A DNA stretch of 64,000 nucleotides from Octopus vulgaris. Taxonomy: Eukaryota. The stretch covers positions 31,682,001 to 31,746,000 of the forward strand of contig OX597816.1 in the NCBI GenBank assembly GCA_951406725.2, written 5' to 3'. The notes beneath the pieces are model-generated. The model was not told the DNA's origin. It did not search any database and saw nothing but the letters and a program-made list of their open reading frames with translations. How positions within the stretch are numbered: the stretch's first letter is position 1; every line of letters begins with the position of its first letter. The translations under genes and the position numbers were made by a program. Below, piece by piece: positions 54,941 to 64,000 of this stretch.

Positions 54941-55299
54941 TAGTGCCAGGCGTAGAACGAATTTATCAGTAGCCCATCCACAGTCACTATCAAGACTAAA
55001 ATAACTACTTTCACAACCACATTTAGATACAAATTCATACTCCTAAATGATCAATATTGTTTTAATCATCTAATTGCATCTTCGCCATATTCATCGTCAA
55101 CAACAGAATGAAAATTAGGATAGTGTATTTCAGTCTATATTTACTTCTTTAACTCTGTGATTACAGGTTACAGGTACGAACTGCTGCATTGATTTCTCGT
55201 GCCCTGTGATCATGTCTTCAGCAAGTAATCGACAATAGATGAGTTATATTGTAAACTTTTATAATGTAAATTATTGATATTTATTCTAACGGCAGGGCC

Positions 55300-55700
55300 A
55301 GGAGATTTACCTTTCAGTCGAGAAATGATTATTTTTAATAGGGAAATTTTGGTTATTTATATCAAGTTACTAAATTATTGGAAGTAAATTATTGAACGGT
55401 TAGGACTTTTGCGCCGGAAACGTAATTTTGCAGGACAGCGGACAAGTGACTTCTCTTGTCTCGCTCAACAAAACTTGAGAGAGTAATAGTAATTTGTCCG
55501 AAAAAAAATGGAGATCTTGGATTAATCCGATCCAATCTTTATCTAATTGTACACAATATCTCGCTTTGCCAATATCTATATTGATGTAAACTTCTTTGGC
55601 CTGGAGATGAGTATTTACATTAATTTAAAGCTCCACAATGGCATTTATATTTAGCTCTGCTTTCCTACTCTTTGTCAACAAATTTACTTTAAAGTTTAAA
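55300..55700 (-). mobile_element. Decayed CR1/L2-like RT fragment
   Basis: HLQAKEVYINIDIGKARYCVQLDK...FSDKLLLLSQVLLSETRE resembles LD..K.V..IYID..KAFD.V.HD.L...G...KLL.W..SFL..R.Q.V, and is followed by SAVLQNYVSG (SGVPQGSVLG-like). Confidence 0.45.
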
Positions 55701-58021
55701 ATTATTCCTGTAAAAATATATATATACAAATACAAGATATAGTAATATCTCTTGCAATTATGCTGTATTATACATACCTGTGTATCAACTTAGGCATAGC
55801 TACATTTAAATTAATAATTATTTGTAGTTATATTGAATATGACTATTCCTTTACATGGTTTAATTTTCAGTACGCTCCAGTATATATGTTTGATTGAAAA
55901 ATTAGTGGAAGGACATTTTTAATATGAATACATCATATGAACTTTGTCAAAGATGAAGAGACAGGCCGCTGGAGCATGGAGATATAGAGGGAAAATATAC
56001 GTTTGGAATCTCTGTCATAGCAAGGAAAAGACTTCATCTCACATCCCGCTTGGACTGCATTAGAGTATGGGAAAAAGTAGCATTCACATTTCTTTTCAAT
56101 GCCTAAAACGACAGACAGACATTTTGCAAGTAGTAATCCTGATTATGAACATAAATTCTTTTATCAGTTGCCTGGAATGCGGTATCTGGAAAACTATGAA
56201 TGTAGTCAATACAGCATTGGAGGAAAATGTTTTTAACTGTGACCTTTTATCGCAGCGGTTTAATATATAATTAATGATTTTTTTTTAACATACCATTTTT
56301 TAAATAATATTATATAAATTTAGATATTTTATTTTCTTTCTCTTCATAATTCAGTTGTCATTAATTCACAGTGCTCAGTGTTAAACCGTGCAAATTCTTT
56401 TACACTTAATTATTTTGACCTTTTTGCTACGACAATGACATAGAAACAGAAAGAATATTTGTTCCCGCTATAAGTAAGATGGTATTTCCGTTTTCACGAT
56501 TTCGTTTACTTGGCTTCTTATAACGCTTTTTGAGTGAAATTACGAACGTATTCATAAGGTTCATGGTTGTTTCTATCCACCTTAAACACTTTTTATGACA
56601 TTTCATATCTTTGATAAATAAGGTTATCCAATATACTAGTGATTTCTTAGATAATCAATTTAAAATATGATTACAATATGTACTGTACTACTCTGTACTA
56701 ACGGCAGTCTCAAATATAATATCAATGTAGTTTCATTGAATGGTTGTATCGGCATTCATGTGAAACTTGAAATACGTGCCAAAACTGTGTGTGACTGTTC
56801 ATGCAAAGAAGCAGAAAGAGCTCACAGGCATGGAATATACTTCTCAAACATGTGATCTACGTTTCGATTCCATTCTCACGCACCAAGGAAGAATTTGATT
56901 TTCCTTTTGCCAGGATCTACACCTGATTTACGAGTGACCTTGAGCACATTAAAACCTATTGAACATCTCAGATGAATTGTAAGGCTAATTCAAAGTTTCT
57001 GCTTTGCATCAGATTGTGCCCGATAATTTTGCATGAGAACTATGTTAAGGGTGACTCATGCACATTTACATACACCCTAATTCAATAAACAGCTGACAGG
57101 TGACAGCTGATGGAACATGATAAAGAGCGTATGCCATACATCTTCAAAACGAAGAATTATGTAAAACAAGTGTTTCTGGGTAGGTTTATATATGAATATA
57201 ACTGTTGTGAAAAATAGAAAAGCGATTTGTGGAACGTACAAAAACAAATATGAAAATATAAGGACCCCCACAAAGTAAGTAATGTACATAGACAACTACA
57301 GCAAAGCACGCGCGCACATTACATTCGTTATTAGTTTCTGGTTTCAATAATTTGAATGTGTTTATTGTTCTGGGTATACATTTAGGTTTTAGCACACATA
57401 CTGAGCCAGGCATCATCTTTTAGAAATGATGTACTGACTTCAAAGGAGCAATTTGCTGAACAATCTAATACATAAGGCATGAGATAACACATAACATCAG
57501 GCGAAAATAACCTTTATATGTGCCTATACATACACACAAGCAAAGGCAAAAACACGCTTACAAACACGCAAGCATTCACATACATAATTACAATAGTATT
57601 GCGTGATTATGCAAAGCTCATATCTAACCGATTTGGCCCACTCTATGGTTCTACTCAAAGTTAGAGCTAAAGCACACTAATTCAGCACTCAAGCAGTCAG
57701 AAACAAATATATTTTCCTTAAATCATACTCTAGATCCACAGGTTATGCTATGATACCATCATACATGCTACAAATTAAATTTAGTAATTTTGATTCATGT
57801 TTCCTAATGCATCAAAATGTATGCCCATTACTCGTTTTTAACCTATTCAACGCTTAAATATATATATTTTCTATGACCTCAATCAAATCTGTAACCGTTT
57901 CGAAAGTAAAATACTAATTGCAATGTAGTACTTAAAGAAGGGAAGTCAAAATAACTCCGATGAGTTGGGTTAACCTTGACAAAATAAAAAAAAAATTTTG
58001 TTTATGTTGACAATGGAAGGA

Positions 58022-58180
58022 TATACAAATGGTTGTTGAAAAGTTTCTGGCTTTAAAGGAAAGAAAATACAAGAAGATCAGTTAATCATGATTGAATTAA
58101 ATAAATTCCTCTCTCAGGTTCACACAAGTATTGTGCAACTGGCCTTCGCGTTTTCTGAGCGCTGTAAAAGAACTTTGCAT
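58022..58180 (-). mobile_element. Mariner 3' end and TIR remnant
   Basis: Minus strand HNTCVNLREEFI* resembles the mariner terminus W.KCV...GEYVE*. TIR-like tacaaatggttgttgaaaagtttctggc. Confidence 0.6.
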
Positions 58181-59337
58181 GTTGCGCCTTGAACCCGGTC
58201 TTTCGCTATAAACTTAAAGCCAAGAAAGTTGCAGCACTCTCCCGTATTATGAAATGAAAGTACTGAAGCTTTCCGTAAGGTCTTGGATAGAAGCTCACAT
58301 TTGGCCAGTGACAGGCTGTCGACAAGCAAAAAATGAAAGGGAAACTGTTGAGGAGAAAGAGGAAGAAAATCCATTACAGAAACGTCTCTCGATATATCTT
58401 CTAGGGAGGACTCAAATGTTTGGGAGAAGCAGGAAGAAATTGTAACAAATCGACTTCACCAGAAAATGTTCCCTGGTTTATGAATCGCCCAATATCTCTA
58501 GATCCAATTTTAAGATTTAATCAGTACCTATCCATTGAAAGATATGATGATCATAATTGAAACGACTTTCAACGTAGATTTTTTTGATTAGGTGTTAGCT
58601 GTGTCTAAATATCTAAATTTATAAGTTACGGACCAACAATTTTTCACTCAGTGTTTCAGAAAATCTTATGTCGCATGTACTTGTATTCGTGCCTAGAAAT
58701 TTAACGTTAAATACAATATGTTCAACTTTCAGGAGTGTGCCTTCGTATAAATTAGGGAAATAATTATTATTTAACATTTCTGAAATTAACTTTTCTCAAT
58801 TTAGATTTTTCCCCGACTGAAATCACTTAATAACTTTAGATCGGGATAATTGGTAGTATTACGAAAACAAAATAAAATTAAACAATATGGTGAGAACCAC
58901 ATTGCAATTTATAGCCTCTTTAACAGGTTAATTTTAAGTCGGTGTAAATTTTAACATTTGTTTTCAAAATTACAAATATGAATCATATTCATAAAATTAG
59001 TATTTTTCCTCATTAACTAAGGAAAACATTCCTTTGACAATAATGATTTATGTCTCAAATTTTAATTTTATCCTTCGAAGTAACCACAAGTAATTTATCA
59101 CAAAGTTGATAGGAAAATAGAATTTCGCTGTAATTTCATCGCAGTAAATTTGTCATGAGCAATTACATCGCTATTTGTACAATTCTTTGGAAATTATAAA
59201 ACGAAAATAATACTTAAATTATTCAATCCTGTTATCGTTCCAGTAAGGAGACTTTTTCCTGTTGTCGTAGAAATATCTATGAAATCTCCTTGTTTTTGCA
59301 GTTCGGATGTTATTAAATATTATACAAATGTATAATA

Positions 59338-59745
59338 GGCGCAGGAGTGGCTGTGTGGTAAGTAGCTTGCTAACAAACCACATGGTTCCGGATTCAGTCC
59401 CACTGCATGGCATCTTGGGCAAGTGTCTTCTGCTACAACCCCGGGCCGACCAATGCCTTGTGAGTGGATTTGGTAGACGGAAACTGAAAGAAGCCCATCG
59501 TATATATGTATATATATATATATGTGTGTATGTGTGTGTGTTTGTGTGTTTGTCCCCCTAGCATTGCTTGACAACCGATGTTGGTGTGTTTACGTCCCCG
59601 TCACTTAGCGGTTCGGCAAAAGAGACCGATAGAATAAGTCCTGGGCTTACAAAGAATAAGTCCCGGGGTCGATTTGCTCGACTAAAGGCGGTGCTCCAGC
59701 ATGGCCGCAGTCAAATGACTGAAACAAGTAAAAGAGTAAAAGAGT
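59338..59745 (+). mobile_element. SINE family B, full length
   Basis: Colinear with 52419-52812 and 10718-11125; tail aagtaaaagagtaaaagagt. Confidence 0.93.
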
Positions 59746-60589
59746 ATGTATGCTGCTGCATGCGAGAAAACAAAAAAGGCAACCTTATAAAGACCATTGC
59801 TTGTGAGAGAGAAGTAACTCTTTTATGTATCATTTCTGAATAAGAGAGATATTATAAAATGGTAAGTGCTATAAGCAAACGATGACAAGAAAGCTAGTAT
59901 ATATTTGGTATTGGTTGCATTACAGCAAATTCTAGTTAAGCTGAAACAAGATAGGCAACTTGGTAAACACCTCATTATGAAATAATCAAATCTATATTGT
60001 ACTGTCAAGTCAGTTTCTAGCAACTATCACTCACAAAAATGGTCATTTTAAGCGTTCCAAAATTAGAGGTGGTACATGTCCCATTCAATCCAGTAATTTA
60101 GCCCGGAAATACACGTATATAGCAAATACAATCTTCATAAACTACCACTTTTTCCCTGAGTGCGATGATAAAACAGGAAAGTTATTTGGATTTCTGTTTT
60201 ATTCTGTAACTTAGAGATATTTTTTGTCCTCTCGTGCAACGTTTTGGCATTCAGAGCTAATTATTGTGATTCTTTAACACTTATAAAAGCCTTTTATGCG
60301 ATACAAAGCATCATAAATTGTGAGGATTGGTGTCTGGCCGAGACTTTGAATTTATCGTGATAAATGTAAAGCGAGAAATTGGCTTGAACCAGTAAATGAA
60401 TATAATTACGGAAAGTTAAATTTGTTTTGTGAACCTGGGGCAGAAAAATACTTTGCAGTATTTTTATATCTCTCACTTCAAAGAAAGATTCATCTGGTTA
60501 ATGAGGTCAATATTTAATTAAACCGACTGCTTTACAATAATAACAGGAAATTTTTATTCGGTTGTTTGAAGCAGGGAAACTTTTGGACA

Positions 60590-61200
60590 TACCATGCTGA
60601 AATTTCTTACAGGCTTGATAGCAAGGCGGTGATAAGAATAAATAGTAATTTTACACAATGGATATATTATTTAGCTGGTGAATACACATCTTAATTATTG
60701 TTCAGAAGCACCACCGAAAGTAATCATTCAATAACTGAACCTGTTATATGCTGATTGTATATGGTTCCTATAAAATTCGCATCCATTATACTCTATAGAG
60801 TGCATAAAAGATAGGTTCCAATTTTGACGTTTAAGTTTCTATTTACCAGCATATATCTGTGTTAGAGAGTGTCGCCACAGAAAAAAGAAAATATTTTCTT
60901 TACTGGAGAGTAAATATTTGATTTCTTGTTGATTTGTTTGGAAGAGGGGAAACACGCAAACCTATAGTATTCAACACCCTGCCAAGATCGTTTGTTTACA
61001 ATATTTTCGTCTAGACGAACTCCGAAACAATGGATGCGAATTAAAGCTGGCTGTTGTAGTATAAACATGTTGTATGGTAACCGAGATGTTGAATGTCTTA
61101 GAGGAAATTGGCTAGATTAATAGTGAGTATGAGACAGCAGAGTTATGAAAACTTGAGTGGATGTGGCATGATTCCAATAAATTTTAAGAAGCAGAAACTA
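60590..61200 (+). mobile_element. Possible very old RTE-like LINE remnant
   Basis: DSKAVIRINSNFTQW, LNLLYADCI (YADD-like), MLYGNRD (LLYG.E-like) and LEWMWH (LRWFGH-like) occur in the expected order. Confidence 0.4.
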
Positions 61201-62808
61201 GATTCGTAGCAGTGGAAACCAAAGAAGAAACAACCAAATTTTTGTGCTGACGTGATGACACTCACTAATATTACTAGAATGAATTCACATTTTTGGGACA
61301 CTTTCTATGGTGTGTAATCAGGTATCAACAGTACCATTCCAGATATGGGAGCAGGGGAACATATTGTGTCAAATACTCGGGTCAATATATGTGTCAGATA
61401 TAAATTTACACAAAGTGTCATTATGTTAGAACCATCTACACAGACGGATAATGATACAAATATGTTGTATTCTATAGCATCCCCTTAATCCTCTACAAAC
61501 CCGTTGTTTAACTCGGTCTTCATTGATTTAATACATATAAGATCAAAATCAATTCTGCCGTACACAATGTCTTTTTTATGGCTCAGAATACAGGTTTAAA
61601 ACAGTAGAATAAGACTTGAGTACGATTTACTAAAATGTCAAGCAATGATAGTGAGAACAAAGATGGGACTGTCGTATCCTCGTAAACTGACGCTTGGGAT
61701 GGTAGAGTTATGTAAAATTAAACTATTTAAGATATATAAATATATATATATATATATAGAACGATATTTAGTTTAATGGAATGGAATAAAATATAACAAA
61801 AAAATGATAAAAGCATTACACGGTATTAAAAGTGTTTTTAATTGTTAATTCTTCATGGGCATTTAAAATCTTATCCTCAGCCGAAACGTTTAGGCATTAA
61901 TCTCATCCGTCCGCTAAAATCAATTTTACGAACTTAAATCATTGTCTGCTAAAATCGTTTCCTTTACTTACAATATTAGTCGATTTGTCATGCAATATTA
62001 TAGATATGGCGCCGACACGGGGTTATGATGCTAAGTACATCAGCAGAAGACTTTGAAAATATCAACAAAAGTAAATTTCTTCTGAATATCCTGTATCGCA
62101 CAAAAAATAAAAATATACGAAAATTACAGGCATATCTAGGCACTAACAGCAAACATACTTACAGACGTACATTCATAAATACATATAGCACACTCGTATC
62201 AAGAGATGGCAGGCCAAGGTAATGTCTAGAATTATTACTGGCTATATTGAGCTCTAAATTAATTCGAAAAATGTCGGTATGCACAAATTCATCTACAATG
62301 AAGGGTGAAATTTATTGCACATTTGCAAAGTAAGTCACGCACACGTACACACATAAACATAGATTCTTTTATGGATTGATAATACTAAGAATGAGTGCAT
62401 GTGGATAGAATTTCCACAATGCTCAAGCCGTTATGTTGGATGAGGATATCTACGAAAAAGCACGTGCCATCCAAATGGATACATATGTAATGGTAGGTAA
62501 CTTATACAAAAGGTTTACATATGAGAAATCACACTAAATTTTTGCAAGAATTTGCCTTCACTCATGCGATAGCTTTCAAGTATATCTATATTTATCGTTA
62601 TTCGTAACTAGTATGTTCTGTTCATGTGAATCTAACTAATTTGGAGGTTTTATTGCTTTTGAATGCAATTTCGTGCTTGGAGACATAATTTGTTAAAATA
62701 TATGTAATTTATTAACCTCTCCCTTTCCCTCTCTCAGAAACACCTCCACATGCATACATACATACATACATACATATGCATACAGACATACATACATATA
62801 TACATACA

Positions 62809-62857
<49 letters not shown>

Positions 62858-63584
62858 CCTATGCACATGCATACACACATATTTGGAGAATGGTCTGTTC
62901 ATAGAGTTACCCAAGGATTCGCATTCATAATTCGTTTAGCTTTACACCCAACACACAAGACCCAAATAGCCGGGGGAAGGGTGTGTAAAGCTAAACAATT
63001 TATGCACGGGAAAGATGTGTATCCGGCCATAACTACCCTTCTCTAAATGCTCCAGTGTTCCAAAACATAGACATCGGTCTCTGCTTTACCCATGATTGCA
63101 GCTCCATTAACGAGACCATCTCTGTAAATAGGTTTCCCAACGCACGTAAGATCCCAGTGATACAAACAGTAATATTAAATCATAATGATTTCTTTATTGA
63201 CCACAATATGTTGATATTTAGAAAACCGTTATGAGCAGTGCAGGACAAAATAATGTGTGTGTGTGTTTGTGTGGGAGTATGTAGTGTGAGAGATTTGCGT
63301 CTAAGATATCATTATTATTACTATTATTATTATTGTGGTTGTTGTTGTTTTCGGTAACCTTATTTTGAACCATTCTTTCACTGCACTACACAGCGCTGAT
63401 CTGTGGGCCTTGGATATGTACTGTGGTTTTTTGAGTTACTCTTATTTTAACTTTGTTGAACGTATTTTACGAAGGATATGTGCGGTGCACACTAGAGCTA
63501 TGTTCTTTTTCCTATATATAATTATTAGACCTGGTGATACATCTGCTCTTTTTCTATTGTAATTGTTTCTATCTTTAGCTTATT

Positions 63585-64000
63585 ATTATAACTGAGTGAG
63601 AATGAATCGCAAGTCCTCAAAAGGACATTGAAACACAAATATACGAAGCCCAGTATACCTATCATGACTACTCATCTCATAAGAGTATATTACAACCATA
63701 TGAGCACGACATAGTGATATCATATGAAGATTAACAGCACATGACCATGCAGGTGGCGCCCAGTTAGAATTTTCTTCAAGTAACCTCTCTCGCTTAAATT
63801 GCCCTTGTATGATGTTTCTTTAAAAGATGATTAACAAAACTCCAATCTTTCCAAAGGTGAATTATCCAACCCACCAAAAAAATTCCCCTCAAAATATGGC
63901 TTTGATACTTCCCCACTACATCTGCTAGTGATCAGAGATTCACATATCGTCAGCCACTAATGGACATGCTCAACTGGTTTAAGGTCAAAAACTGACAAGC
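63585..64000 (-). mobile_element. Unclassified repeat 'X', third copy, runs off the window end
   Basis: ggacatgctcaactggtt.aaggtcaaa.aactgacaagc and gcaggtgg...cagttagaattttcttc are reverse complements of 36077-36335. TTA tail at ~63580. Confidence 0.8.

Noticed and set aside
56667-56855. LEIRAKTVCDCSCKE resembling an integrin-beta CxCxC motif
   Set aside because: Spacing does not fit, no canonical donor, and it runs into a degenerate SINE-like sequence.

Overview
This is AT-rich, microsatellite-dense eukaryotic DNA. The SINE families, (TA)n/(TG)n density and LINE content point to an octopus-like cephalopod, which is an inference and not a database result. I could not identify an intact protein-coding gene, tRNA or rRNA. 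Most ORF-track entries are simple-repeat artefacts or pieces of decayed transposons. The window is mainly a nested graveyard of mobile elements: RTE/BovB-type and R4/Dong-type (RLE) LINE remnants, degraded CR1/L2-like pieces, Penelope-like elements (RT, GIY-YIG, inverted pLTRs), three mariner remnants and one Tc1 remnant, a structurally complete non-autonomous Helitron, three tRNA-derived SINE families (two copies with clear TSDs), a CCHC zinc-knuckle ORF1 remnant and an unclassified (TAA)n-tailed repeat in three copies. The most notable signals are a near-canonical type I hammerhead ribozyme at 22885-22953 with degenerate relatives in other Penelope-like repeats, several long inverted repeats able to form dsRNA, and a few weak candidate host exons.
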